From assembly GCF_009914755.1 (NCBI RefSeq), contig NC_060944.1: a stretch of DNA of 64,000 nt. One strand, given 5' to 3'. Shown piece after piece: positions 31,201-46,489 of this stretch. The notes beneath the pieces were generated by a model. The model saw only the letters and a program-made list of their open reading frames with translations. It ran no database searches and was not told the DNA's origin. Both the position numbers and the translations under genes were made by a program. Source of the stretch: the human T2T-CHM13v2.0 reference genome, Homo sapiens. The first letter of the stretch is position 1. Every line of letters starts with the position of its first letter.

Positions 31201-31551
31201 CCATAGAGATTGCTTACAATTCATTTAGATGTTGCACTCGTGCATGAAGAATATTAAAACTCACAATGATATTTTGAAAAGGTACTATTATTATTCCCAT
31301 GTTTCAGATGAGGAAATTAGAGCTGAGAGATATTTAAAAAGTTTCACATGGTCGTCTAGTTGGTAAGTGGCAGATCCTACACTAACTCAGTGAACCTTCA
31401 AAGAATATGCTCTTAAGTGGCCCATTACAATGACTTCAAGGAAACAGATGCTGTAGATTTTCACAGAAGGGATGTTGGGAGTGAAGACCACAGGCTCAGG
31501 GTACGAAAGCATCTGACTCTCATCTAAGGAGGAAATTTTGCTCCACAGGCC

Positions 31552-32002
31552 TGTCAAGACTATAAAGGGTCTGAGGTTTTATCCTACTTGTAGACAAAGT
31601 CTGATACAGCTGGCAGAAGACATGATGCTTTTGGGTCAGAAACAAAAGACTGTATTATGCATGGTAAATATCATGAGCCTCATGTTTGTGTTGGCTCCTA
31701 CTGCCCTCCAAGTCTCATGGTTGGGAGGACCAGGGTTGTCTGCATAGAGGGGACCAAGCAGGTTTGCATTGCAACTGAGAAATATTGAGCTTGAGGAATT
31801 CACTGCTGTTACAATAGTGAGCAGTAAGTAAGCCTACTTGTTGTCTAGGAGGAAAGATTACCTCATCCCTCCAAGTTTCTGACTGCAAACAGAAACCTCA
31901 AAAGCTACCTGGGTCAAGAACAGTCAGGGCCTTGCATTCTTGGCATGGCCGGCAGGAAGGTGCAGGAGTGTTCAGAGCCCGTGGCCACTGCTCCTTCCCG
32001 CT
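31552..32002 (-). mobile_element. ERVL LTR (MER54-like)
   Basis: TGTCAAGACTATAAAGGGTCTGAGGTTTTAT terminus. Confidence 0.6.
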
Positions 32003-32139
32003 CAGACTTTCAGCTCACCTCAGAGGGAAAAGAGCCATCTTCGGAAGAGCCACTTCCTCGGGATCGATACCAGAAATTGCAGCAAATTTAATCTCACACG
32101 GTTTTAGAAAAGGGCAGGAAACGACAGGAAATCAGAGTA

Positions 32140-32573
32140 CAGTTGACCCTTGGACAACAGGGGGGTAAGGAGTGCTGACCCCCCGTGCAGCTACAAATCC
32201 AGGTATAACTTTGATTCCCTGAAAGCTTAACTATTGATAGCCTACTGTTGACTGGAAGCCTTACTAATAACATACACAGTCCATAAACATGTATTTTGTA
32301 TGTTATATGGATGATATACTGTATTCTTACAATAAAGCTAACTGGAGAAAAAAGTTATTAAGAAAATTATAAAGAAAATAAATTGACGATTCATCACAGG
32401 GAAGTGAATCATCATAAAGATCTTCATCCTCATCATCTTCATGCTGAGTAGGCTGAGTAGGAGGAGGAAGAAAAGGGGTTGGTTTTGCTGTCTCAAGGGT
32501 GCCAGAGGCAGAAGAAATTTCACGAATAAGTAGACCTGCACTGTTCAAGCTGTGTTGTTCAAGGGTCAACTCT
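32140..32573 (+). mobile_element. Tigger2a/MER28
   Basis: TIRs CAGTTGACCCTTGGACAAC / GTTGTTCAAGGGTCAACT. Confidence 0.9.
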
Positions 32574-32596
32574 ACTGGTATAACAGTATGAATTCT

Positions 32597-32889
32597 AGCT
32601 GGGTGTGGTGGCTCATGCCTGTAATCCCAGCACTTTGGGAGGCCAAGGTGGGCAGATCAAAAGGTCAGGAGTTCGAGACCAGCCTGGCCAATATGGTGAA
32701 ACCATGTCTCTACCAAAAATACAAAAATTAGCCAGGTGTGGTGGCGCACGCCTGTAGTCCCAGCTACTCAGGAGGCTGAGGCAGAAGAATCACTTGAACC
32801 TGGGAGGCAGAGGTTGCAGTGAGCCGAGATTACGCCACTGCACTCCAACCTGAGTGACAGTGCAAGACTCCGTCTCAAAAAAAAAAAAA
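32597..32889 (+). mobile_element. AluS
   Basis: Dimer; TSD AG(T/C)ATGAATT. Confidence 0.93.
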
Positions 32890-33330
32890 GAGCATGAATT
32901 ATTTTGGCTACCAGTAAGCATATTCACTTGCTGGGCTCTTAAAAGGAGTGTTTTACTTTCTCACATAAAACAGAGTTCTAGAGAAAGGTGATTTGCTGGT
33001 GATGGTTCAGTAGTTCAACCTTAGGCTCCAGGTCAGCTTCTTGTAATTCTCTAAACCCTCCACTCACAGTTACAAGATAGTCCTGACACTTCTTAGCACG
33101 GTATCTTTAACCAAAACATTTGAAAGCAAGGAGGAGTGGTGCAGAGTATTTCTTTTCCAACTCTATCCTCTTATCTGGTGGGAAACTCATTATCCCAGCG
33201 CCCCCGCAGAGATTTTTGCTTTTATTTCTCTTCTGTCACACCTGGGTCACATGATCACCCTTAGATTGGGGTCTGCTTCTCTCTTTCCTGAGGAATCTCT
33301 GCCAGACAGTTGAATAAAATTGAGGCTCTA

Positions 33331-33723
33331 TGTCTTAGTCCTTACAGGCTGTTGTAACGATATACCATAAACTGGGTGGCTATAAACAACAAACTTTTAT
33401 TTCTCACAGATCTGGAGACTAACAAGTCTTAGATCAAGGCACTGGCTGATGTAGCGTCTGATGAAGGCCCGTTTCCTGGTTCATAGGCACAATCTTCTCA
33501 CTGTGTCTTCACTTCATGGAAGGAGCCAGGGAGTCTCTGGGGCCCCTTATATAAAGACATTCATCTAACTCACGAGGTTCCCACCGTCATGACCTACTTA
33601 CCTCCTAAAGGCCGCATCTCCTTCTACCATCCCATTAGTGATTCGGTTTCAACATAGGAATTTTGAATATGAATATATGAATATGTGACTATGAATACAT
33701 GAACAAACAGCCAGACCATAGCA
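33331..33723. mobile_element. MaLR LTR (MLT1A/MST-like)
   Basis: TGTCTTAGTC...ATACCATAAACTGGGTGGC...CCAGACCATAGCA. Confidence 0.8.
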
Positions 33724-34706
33724 TAATGTGATGTAGGAAAAAAGTTGCTGGCTTTTGGGTTGGCCTCCTTCTACCCTAGTTTCTCTCTGGTGTTTAGACA
33801 AGGGCATTGAGGAAGCAGGATGACCCGGCTTGCCATCATCACTAAAGCAAGTGGTGGCTTCCTAGGTTGTTATCCAGGGATAACAATGAAAAGGATTCTG
33901 TCGTTTACAACAGCCTGGTTGAAGATGGATACAGAGCCTGCCAATTAATTTGGCAAACAGCTCTACTTCAGTGAACTTTAAATAAAGAGCACAAAAGAGG
34001 ACAAGTGGGAATGATTCTGCAATCTGACTCAAGCCTGGTGTGTTCCTGAGTCACTGAACAGAGCAGGGAGTAGGTTCTCGTGGCATATGCTGTCAATGGG
34101 CAGAAAGTAGAAGGTAGTGGAGCGAAAGCTGTTTGCGTGCCTGGAACCTGTCACAAAAATCCCAAACAAGCAAAATGAATGCTGCGTTTCCCAGTGGGTG
34201 ACACAGCCCAGTATTCAGCACAGTCTGTTTGCTTGCAGGTTTAGTCAGCATTATTTTCTTCCTTTTAATAATATTCACCATATTGACAGTAATTTGCAGA
34301 TTTTTAAGTTCTGCATATGTTCCTACTGAAATAATCCTCCTATTTTGCTTTCCTGAGACCTTGTTGAAAAAAAAAAAGAGAAGGAAAAAAAGAAAATTGT
34401 ACATTAATCAGAAAACATCCTTGGAAAATTCTCCAGGCTTTTGCACATAAGGTCTTTCCCCTACGGAAATGACAATGACAACATTAAAAAATTTATTGTT
34501 ATGAATGGGAATTATAATCATGGGATATTTTTTATTGAGAATTATTGTACACTATTAGGTTTGTAATGTATTTTTTAAAGGCTTTAAAAAAACTTCTTGG
34601 TGTTTTTACTTACCAAACACAGCACACTTATCACATAATCTATTATTGTCATTTATTAAAAGTCCTAAGTGTACCTAGAACTATGAATGTGTTTTTATGT
34701 GGACAG

Positions 34707-34707
<1 letters not shown>

Positions 34708-34741
<34 letters not shown>
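34708..34741. repeat. (TG)n microsatellite
   Basis: Visible perfect run. Confidence 0.95.
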
Positions 34742-34743
<2 letters not shown>

Positions 34744-35119
34744 TATTTGTATGTAGTAAATCTTAAAGGGACATCAAGGATGGATCCATATAGGCAACTG
34801 GTTCAAATATTGGCCCAAATTACAATATACTTAAACTAGAGAATTATTGTAGATCCAGTAGGTTCTGGTGGTTGAGAGTATGGCTCTAGGTTCTAGTCAG
34901 AGTCTGAGATTCCCATTCTTACCCTGGTGTTTGACCTCAGAAAGTTCCTTAATATCTCTGAGCCTTAGTTTCATCATCTACTGATTGACTTAGTAACAGC
35001 AAAAACAATATAGCAGTAATAGCAGTAATAATGATGAGCTGACACTAATGATACTATTATCTAATCGTTCCTGAGAAGAAAGATTTTAAGCACTTCTCAT
35101 GGTTTCATTCATTTGCATT

Positions 35120-35695
35120 TTTTCCAGCTTTATTGAGATATCATTGACAAATAATAATTACATACATATTGTACATATGGCTTTAAATGATGTATTTAAG
35201 TTATACAAATTGATATTTTGATTTATTCATACTCTGTAAAATGATGACCACAACCAAGCTAACTAACATATTCATCACTCCACATAGTCACCATTTTCTT
35301 TCTTTTTTCTTCATTTTTTTTTTTTTTTTGGTGGCAAGAACACTTAAGATCTACCCTCAGCAAATTTCAGTTATACAACAGGATCACTATACAATACAGT
35401 CACCAGTTAACAACAATCACCATGCTGTACCTTAGGTCTCCAGAATTCAGTCATTTTGCCTAACTGAAACTTTGTATCCCTTGACTAACATCGCTCTATT
35501 TTCCCTTCTTCCCTCCTCCCCCAACAACTACCATTCTTCTCTCTGCTTCTATGAGTTTGACTTTTTTAGATTCCACAAATAAGTGAAATCATGCAGTCTT
35601 TCTGTATTTGTCTTTCTGTATTTGGTTTATTTCACTTAACTTTAACATCCTTTAGGTTCATCCATGTTGTTGCAAATGGTGATATTTCCTTTTTA
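35120..35695 (-). mobile_element. L1MA/MB 3' end
   Basis: CAGCTTTATTGAGATAT...GGTTCATCCATGTTGTTGCAAATGG. Confidence 0.85.
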
Positions 35696-36831
35696 AATAT
35701 TATTAATAATACTAGGGGTTTGTTAGGATAAAATGTAATGTGATGTGTCTAGTACGATACTTCATTTATTGTGACTATTTTAAAATATGTAATAGCCAAA
35801 CTAATATGAATTGAATGAATGAATTGGGCAAGCAAGTCAAAATGAGACAGACCAATTATGCGTCTAGATCCAGCCAAAGAGCTCCAGTCTGTATGGTTAT
35901 TTAATTTTAAAAGCAATGCCAAGGCCTTCTGGGCATCAAAGTACATCCTACCCTGCTAGAATTCACAAAAACATGTGATAGGAAAGGATCTCTTGTCTAG
36001 ATTCTTTTAAAGTAGACACTGAAAGATTCCCACATGTTTGAATGTAGATGTGGCTATTTCTAGCTAGAACCGCAAGAGTTTAATTAAATATTTGCACAAC
36101 AGATTTTTTAAAAGAACGTTTTGGAAGGAGGGTTGCACCACCTGCTGCAGTTCCACGTCGGCTCATCGCCCAGTTGGCGTTTTCTTTTTCCGTGTCTGGC
36201 ACACAGTAGCTGAGGACACCCGGCCCTCCCCACGGGAAAGGTTCAGATGGGCTTTTTGTGCCTCCTGGTTTCAGCTGAGTTGCTAAGCCCTTCCCTGTTG
36301 ACTTTTTAATAATGAACACAGAAAACTGGCTACCATTCATTCATTCATTCATTCTCCAAAGAATACCCAGAGAGATCTTTGAAGAAAGTAAGTCAAATCT
36401 CTCTCTCTCTTTTTTTATTTTATTTTTTTAATGTTTAAAAGATTTGGCAGTTTCTCATGGTACCCAGAAGAAAAGTCCAGCCCCTTACCCCACCAGGGTC
36501 CCCTGGCTCGCCTGGCTCTGTCACACGTCACACTCTCCGTGTTGTTGCTTCAGCTGCCCCTGACTTACTGCCTTTCGCTGAAGCGGTCAAACTCACTCAG
36601 CCCCAGGCCTTGACTCCAGCAACATGTTTTTCTGCACCCCTTCCACAAGTTACTCAGCTCAGATATTTCTCCCCGGGGGAGGCTGCTATACCCACCCTAC
36701 TGAACGTTACTCTCCCCAGTGCCTAGAACAGTGCCAGACATGTGAGTGGTGCTGGCTGTTAATTAACTTAAATTGCATGTGTTGCGCTTCTACTATGTGC
36801 AAACTGTTCTCTTTTTAAAAAAGACATTTAG

Positions 36832-37145
36832 GGCCAAACACAGTGGCTCACACGTATAATACCAGCATATTGGGAGGCTGAGGCAGGAAGATTGCTTGAG
36901 CCCAGGAGTTAGAGACCAGCCTGGGCAACAGAGCAAGACCCTGTCTCTACTAAACACTAAAAAAAAAAAAAAAAAAAAAAATTAGATGGGCCTAGTAGTG
37001 CACGCCTCTAGTTCCAATTACTCAGGGGGCTAAGGTGGGAGGATTACTTGAGCTCAGGGGTTCAAGGTTGCAGTGAGCTGTGATCTTGCCACCACACTCC
37101 TGCCTGCAACAGAGTGAGATACTTAACAACAACAACCAAAAAAAG
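36832..37145 (+). mobile_element. AluJ
   Basis: Diverged dimer with long middle A-run. Confidence 0.88.
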
Positions 37146-37634
37146 TAGGCATAGAATTAGAAATGAGCATTCATGAGATTTTAAGTGACCCCTTAGAAGA
37201 AAAAAAGGGGCAGTCTCTCTAAACCTATCCTGGTTCCAGGGGTTACCCTGACCCTCCTGACTCCCCAAAAAGAAGAAGAGAATAATAGCAATGGCTAATA
37301 TTTTGATCCATATGTTTGTCTTTAAATGGCTACAGTAGCCAGGCAGGTGGAAATCAACCTGATTTTAAAGAAAGGAGAAAAGGTGGGGCTTGTAGCCAAA
37401 TTCAAGGGTCATGCCTCATCTAAAATAATTGAAATTCATTTTTTCTTAAAAAGGTAGCTTTTGCCACTGATTTGGCTGGCTGGTTTCTGATTCTTGAAAC
37501 AGTGTTTACTCTGCCAAGTGCTCTCCTATGCACGTGACATATACTCTTTCACTGAACATCAGTTCACAGCCTCTCTCTGAAGGAGAGACTGTTGTTGACA
37601 TCATTTCCATACATGGCACTTGAGGTTTATAAAG

Positions 37635-37826
37635 CAGGGCAAATTTCTTCTGCAAAGGGCCACATAATAAATATTTTAGGCTTTGTGGGCTATAGAGTCT
37701 GTGTCGCAGCTACTTAACTCTGCCTTTGTACCTTAAAAGCAGCCTCGGACATTATGGAAACAATATAACTCTGTCTACAAAAACAAGCAGCAGGTTGGAT
37801 TTAGCCTGCTATCGTTTGCCAACCCC
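37635..37826 (+). mobile_element. MER58A
   Basis: AAATATTTTAGGCTTTGTGGGC...GTTTGCCAACCCCT. Confidence 0.8.
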
Positions 37827-37871
37827 TCTTATGGGTCATAGGTAATTTGCTTGCATTTAAATAGCTGTTAA

Positions 37872-38188
<317 letters not shown>

Positions 38189-38696
38189 TTAAGTGGCAAT
38201 TGGAGTTTGGACAAAGGTGGTCCTGCTTCCCGATTACCAGATTACCATCTTGTACTCCTGTCTCTCCTTCTGCTGGTCCATCCAGTAGGTCAGGGGCACT
38301 ATAATTGGTAATAGCTGTAATAAATATTTATTGCATGCTTGCTATACACCAGGCATTTTCTATGGGACCTACCAAACATCTATCCATCTAGCTGCCTATC
38401 AACATCATCTATCTATATTCAATAATTTATCCTTACAATGTTGAAGGCAGATGCCACACCCGATATCTGAAACAAAAGGCTAAATTTATTGCTTGCTAAG
38501 CAAGGGAGAACTGTTCTGGTAAGGCTTAGTCTCTCTCTGAGCAAGCAGAAAAGGCTGCACTTTGCAGGGTTTGGGGCTCATCTTTTTAAGGGTTTGGGGA
38601 TATGTGGAGTTGAAGGATTGGTGGGCTTTTTGAAGCACATGGTTGAGGAGCTGCTGTCAGAAGAGCAGGTTTGGGTGAGTTTTCTTTAGATAGTTT

Positions 38697-39523
<827 letters not shown>

Positions 39524-40482
39524 GTTTGGGATGGAGTTGCAAATCATTTCTGGTGATTACTTCTGCCTGGGATGGAGTAGGACCAAAGTACAATCAGTAA
39601 TTTGTTTCTCTTGAACTAGATTCTAAGAACTGTTGATGCTTATGACAATTCTATAAGGTAGGAACTCTTATTATTCCCATTTCATGTACGAGAAACCTGA
39701 GGCACATGGAGGTTGCGTGGATTGTCCAGGTTCTTAAGGCTGTTAAGGGGTCAAACCAGGATTTTTAAACTGAAAGTTTGGCTCCAGACTCCAGACTCTT
39801 AGCCAGGATTCTCTTCTGTCTCCCATGGCTAGTGTTTGCTTTCTGTGAATGTCACAAGTTGATCACTTACAGGCATTAAATTAATTCCTAGTTTGCATCT
39901 GTAGATTTTATTCGTGTTAGTCCATCATTTGTTCTCATCTCCATTCCATCTTGTAGGTAACAAATGACCACTTAAAGAACATCTACAAGGCCAAATTCCT
40001 AGATTTGAAATGCAGTGCCATTTAAGGTAATTGTTCCTAATATTTTTAGCTTCTAACCAAAAAGTCAGGCTTGCTTTTGCTGAAAGGTTAATAAGCAGAA
40101 ATCTCTACTTCACAGAACATCAGGACAGATGAATGACTAGATGAACGATAATGCAAAATTATAGCCTAGTTTAACCCTACTGGGTTTGTTCTTGACTCTT
40201 AGATCAACCTTGCAAAAGGTTAAATGGGAAATTAAGGGAATAGAGAAGTCTATCTCTCTACAAATTTATGTTCCACCTCCTGCAGCTCACAGCACTAAAC
40301 AGTCATGGCTTATAATTATAGCAGAAAGAGGAGAATTATAACTAGAGAGTGATAATTGTCTCCTACTCAAACACAGACAGGCTCAGAGAACAGAAGACTT
40401 GGACTCAGACTTATTTTCCCCAATAACTAGATATAAAATCATCAGATATAAAATCCTGCAAAATGGGCTGAATCTATCCCTA

Positions 40483-40990
40483 TGTATTAGTTTCCTAGGA
40501 CTGCCTTAACAATGTACCACAAACTGGGTGACTTAAAACAATAACATTTTTTTGTCTCATGGTTCTGGAGCCCAGAAGTCTGAAATCAAGGTGCAACGTT
40601 CTGACCGAAGCCTCAACGGGAGAATCCTTCCTTGCCTCTTCTAGCTTCTGGTATTTGCTAGCAATCCTTGCATTCCTTGGCTCGCAGATCCATAGCTTCA
40701 ATCTCCGCCTCTGTTGTCACATGACCTTATCCCTGTGTGTCTCTTTCTCTGTGTCTCTTCTTTTCTTATAAAGCCACCATTTATATTGGATTAAAGGCCC
40801 ACCCTACCTACTATGACCTCACCTTAACTAATTACATTTACAGTGATGTTATTTCTAAATGAGGTCACATCCTGAATTGTTGGAGGTAGGACATTAGCCT
40901 AGACTTTATTTCTAAATAAGGTCACATTCTGATGTGCTGGGGGTAGGATTTTAACCTCTCTTTTCAGAAGACATGATTCAACCCATAACA
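40483..40990. mobile_element. MLT1B/C LTR
   Basis: TGTATTAGTTTCCTAGGACTGCC...TTCAACCCATAACA. Confidence 0.85.
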
Positions 40991-41852
40991 CAAGGATTCC
41001 ATATTTTTATTTGTTTTAGGATGATAAAATTGCCTTCTTCATTGGGGTACTAAGGGAAAGTATTGAGATTTAAGTGCTTTGAGGAAAAAGTGCTATGTAA
41101 TTATTTAACATATCACTGCCAGATTAATCCAAAAGATGAGTACCAATTCACGAGACAGTCTTTATGAAGCCTAGAATTCTTTAATGCTGACTCCACCATC
41201 TTCCTTTATATAGGAGATAAGCTTCCAAAGATGCATTTTTGCCAAAATAGTAAGTAACTTCAAAGTAAGTGAGATATACACAAAAGGATCATAATTTCTG
41301 ACCTAGATGTGATTCTGCAGCAAGTTTCACAAATTGCTTTCTTTATTTATAGGCTGGACACTTAAGAGAAAACCTGTTTCTCCCCAGAGATGCAAAGGAG
41401 TGTTTCTTTTGATTGTTCTGGAAGAAAAGGAAGGTTTCATCAACACAGACTATCTATATATTTTTTTTCACCAAACTTATAGAAAAGAATGACAATTCAG
41501 ACCACAATTTAATGGAGGATGCAGGAAGTACACTCAGGCCTCTTAAAAGTAAGGTTTGCATGCTGAAAAAAATTCCCATAATCTTGCTTTGGATTTTGTT
41601 GCTCATTGACTCATCTATTCAACAAATATGGGGCACACTAAATGTCAGACACAGACATCAGAAATGCTAGGATATATAAGAAGTGGTCCATGCCACAGGT
41701 GAGTGGGGAGTATATGTTAATGAGACAGCCATGCTATGATAATTTCCACTGAAGAGGTGATGCAAAAATGCTGTGGTTACAACTCATGCCATTGACAAAA
41801 ATAAGGAAAAGGTTTTCTTCAGGCAGAAACAAAATCAGGGAAAGTGACTATG

Positions 41853-42225
41853 TGTATTAGCCTGTTCTCATGCTGCTAATAATGACATACCCAGTACTGG
41901 GTAATGTATAAAAGAAAGAGGTTTAATTGACTCACGGTTCCACATGGCTCGGGAGGCCTCACAATCATCGCAGAAGGTGAAGGAAGAGCAAAGGAATGTC
42001 TCGAATGGTGGCAGGCAAAGAGAGAATGAGAATCAAGCAAAAGGAGGTTCCTTTTATAAAACCATCAGATCTCCTGAGACTTACTTACTACGATGAGAAC
42101 AGTATGGGGGGAAACTGCCCCTATGATCCAGTTACCTCCCACCGGGTCCCTCCCACAACATGTGGGAATTAGGGGAGCTACAATTCAAGATGAAATTTGC
42201 TTGGGGACACAGCCAAACCATATCA
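41853..42225 (-). mobile_element. THE1 LTR
   Basis: TGTATTAGCCTGTTCTCATGCTGCTAAT...ACAGCCAAACCATATCA. Confidence 0.92.
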
Positions 42226-42427
42226 CTCTGAAAAGGCCAAGGAGTATAGATTCCATGTTATTTTTCTCTGTGTAGCTGGAGTGTAGAGTTGAGACGTGTG
42301 AGGAAAGTGGGTCAGTGAGAGACGAGGACAGAGAAGCAGGCTGGGCCATGTGTAGATATTTTCTTTATGTCCTGCAAAGAAGTTTGACTCTACTGTTGTA
42401 GAGTAAAACTTTTTTTCATTTCATTAA

Positions 42428-42758
<331 letters not shown>

Positions 42759-43794
42759 TATTTTTTTCTTATTTTAAATTAATCTGAGCTTTTTATACAA
42801 AATGTAAAGTGTGGAAAAGTAGCAATATAAAAATTGGAATAATCTTTAATTTCAATATCTGCAGATAAATTTTTTTGTGTTTAGTATATAACCTTCAGTC
42901 TTTTTTACAGTTAAATAAATATAATGTATTTATTTCATTTTCAGTTTACTTGTTACCATGTTTAAATTTCTGTACTTCTATCTATCTATATATCTAGAGA
43001 ATTTTGTCTCCATTTTAAAAAGAAGATTAACTCTTCTTTTTAAAGAAGACAGGTTCTAGAGTTGTGGGTAATATCAAGATAGCTTTTGCCAAATAGTTTT
43101 GAACTCTGACCATTCTTGGCTATAGAATTGATTCAGTCTTGATGTATTGCAACATATGATTTGATTCAGAGAAACAAATATATATTTCCTTTTTTATGAG
43201 GGGGAATTTTAAGTGGCAAATGAAACAGAAAATGTCTTGGGTAGATGAAGAAAAACAGCAGGGTGGAAGCATTGCATTGATTTTCTGAAAATAAGCATCT
43301 CGCATTATTTAAACTTACAGCCTGACCATGTTAAAGATATGACACCTTAAGCCTAAAAATGCTGTAAACTGCATTCTTACAAGGCACATAAGCTTTGCTG
43401 GCAATATTGCAAGAATGTCAGATAATCTGCTTGAACAATTCTTAGATCAAAATAATATCATATTATACATCAGACATTTTATATCTCCTTGAAATTTAAG
43501 ATGATGATAATATCATTGGAAAGAATCAAAATAGACCCAATGGGCGTTAGGTAAAAGAACTGTGCACATGAATGTGGGATTGTACATTGCCTCTCAGGCT
43601 TTGTCTAACTCTAAGATGGTTTAAAATTTTTTGACATGAAAAATCAGTAGTTTGTTTCAATTTCAACAATATTTAATGATATCCACAAATAGCACTAATT
43701 AAGAGAATTCAAAATAGTAAATCAAAGTGCGTTTTTTGCCTTGTCTTAAACTAGAGATTGTATACTACTTTTAATTTTCTTGTTTTCTTAAACA

Positions 43795-43917
43795 AACATA
43801 GAGACAAGGATCTTGCTATGTTGCCCAGGTTAATCTCAAACTCCTGGCCTCAATTGATCTTCCTGCCTCAGCTTCTCAAAGTGCTGGTGTTACAGGTATA
43901 AGCCACCATGCCTGACC
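43795..43917 (-). mobile_element. FLAM/Alu monomer
   Basis: TCTTGCTATGTTGCCCAGG...AGCCACCATGCC. Confidence 0.85.
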
Positions 43918-43929
43918 ATAGACTATATT

Positions 43930-45100
43930 TTAAAATTCACACATTGCCACAAACTAATAACTTTTATCTATGGTGACTTTCATATCTTCAAAGATAAAGA
44001 AAAATTACTTAAGTGTCTAGAGGGAAAAAATCAAATTATCTGTAAAGAAATAAAATTCAGCGCCTTCTGGGACTTCTAGGAGTGGGGGACTTAAGACAGG
44101 CCTTCCCATTGGTAAAAGATCATTTTTAGGAAGAGATAAAACCACAGCTTTTATATAGATGTAAAAATGAACATGTGTTAAATATTTTACTTTACTCAAA
44201 TAAGGATCCAGGCTGATGTTATAACTGGCTCGAAGGGAAAGTCAAAACAACACAATTTATCTGGAGTAAAGGAATATCAAGATGAATTGCCAACAATGAC
44301 ACAAACTGTTTTCTCCCAGGGTGGGAGGGGAGACAATTTGGACCTCCACCAGATAAGACATACTTTGCATATCTACTGGTTACCTGCAATTTATAGAGTT
44401 GTAAGATAGCTCAAAGTAAAGGAATAGAGCTAGACTCTGATAACCCAAAAGGGTATGTTACAGATCATGCATAGTCTTCCATGGAAACCCAATTTTTTCA
44501 TTTCACAATGCCCTCCCCCTCCTCCTGGTTATGGTGTCTTATCTTTCCTGTTATACCAGCCGTCTGCAATACTAACTTCCAGAATTAGATGAAATGATGC
44601 CTACATATTTAGGAGAAAAAAAAAGAGAATAAAGCAAGTCTATAAGCCCAAACAAATTGCTATTACTCTTCAAAAGACAGGTACTTTCCCACGACAATAA
44701 CATGTTCTATGAACCTGAGATCTTTAGCTGTTTGGCCCACTACTAGTGACAGATTCTCTTTATTGTTGTCTGATACAATTATTACAGCCCTCTTTAAAAT
44801 GGAAAAGTATACAAAATAATGAATACAGAATTCAGCACAGAACAAATTTTTATGTAGAGTGAGAAAATAAATCATTTAATAAATCATAAATCATAAAAAA
44901 TCATAACTCCCAAGTTACAATTTATTTTAAAGTTGATAACCACATGTTACAAAGTCTAGAAACATGGCATATTATTCTTTTTTTGGTAAATTATGACCCA
45001 AGCCTCTGCAGTACCTTTCCCCTACTTTTTTATGGGCATACCTTTTAATCATTTCTTCATGTGACAATTATTTTATAAGATTTTCTAGAGGGAGAATCGA
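43930..45100. mobile_element. ERV1 (MER4-group) internal fragment
   Basis: AT-rich motifs (AGATAAGACATACTTTGC, GTAAGATAGCTC) resembling MER4-group internal sequence. Confidence 0.45.
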
Positions 45101-46489
45101 AAGCAAACTCCGTCTTTCTTCTACTATGATTGGTGATCTGTATTTTGAGGGCAGTTTTGTGCGCTGTTCTGTCTGGATCCATGAGACTTCATCAGGACAA
45201 GATGTGTCAAATAAGCTGAGATGAGATTTAATATGGTGGCACTCATACTTTGAGGATGGTACACTATAAATTCAAGGATTCTGAAATTCCGTTTCTCATA
45301 ATTCTCAACAAAAGAGAAATGAAAATGTGTGGTGCATTTATTGTCACTTATGCTATCTTGTCGATTCCTAATAATAGAGATCTTTGTGTCAGGGTTTTCC
45401 ATACACTAGCGTCTGACTGTGAACATTCAAATGTCATTTCTCCTCCATGTCCCCTGTACTTTTGGGGTCAGGATCACATCTCTTTTGGATATAATTTCTG
45501 TCCTCTCACTCAGGTTGGTCACTTGATTTGATTTTGCTTTCTTCTCCCACTTCTTGAAGCATATTACACTGTCCCTTGTTAACTCAGACTTAAGAGTTTA
45601 ATGGAATTTTAAATATATAAATGTAATTTCTGCCCAAGGCAAAAGACTTGGCATATTCATGTCATGATGCCAGGATAGTCATCCTAGTAGGCACTGAGAA
45701 TCTCTCAATAGGCAATTTCTATACCAGAACAGTTAGCAAAAAAGTGAACACATCAATAACTATGAATCACCTAAATATATCCCACTAAAACCAAAAATAA
45801 TGTATCCTAAATTTATCTCTCTCTTAGCCAGATCCAAACCAAATCTATGATTACTCTACCACCATCTGATGAAAAAGGAAGGGTAACAAACAGGCAGTTT
45901 GTGGGGAGGGAGACAGCTATCCTATGTAATTGTAGTTACAATGTGTGTCTGTGTGAAGATATTGCTAGTAACCCTCCCTCATTTCCTGCCCTATTCCCAG
46001 TGTCTTGCCCTTTACATGAACTAGGCACTTAATAAATCTGTGTTTAAGGACTAAATACATTATTGATAAAAGAAGGATATATTCATGCGAGGTTTTTGTT
46101 GCACTCAAGAATGGCTAGGACATACAGAAAATACTTTTCAGAAGGTTTTTAAAAACTAGTATTCAATTTATTAAAATTATAAATGTAAAAGTAAAACTAG
46201 CTCTTTTTTAACCTTTCAGTGTAGTTCACAAATTTATTCCATTTGTATATTCAGTAGATTTTAACAGTCACTTTCAAGGGAGCTTTGACAATATTTGGTT
46301 CCTTTTACAAGCTGAAACACCAATAACATTTTCAACAGCTGTTATAAATTTAATGTATTTGCTCTCTTTAATGATTTTAAAAGCCTGGCTTAATAAAAAC
46401 AGCTTTCTGAATATTTACCAAGTCTTTTTCATTGACCAATGTTTAAAGTTATAAAAATATGTGTTCTTTTTAACTTGGAGATTTTTTAA

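Noticed and set aside
40845-40955. ~57-bp tandem duplication in MLT1
   Set aside because: Ordinary slippage duplication within an LTR.
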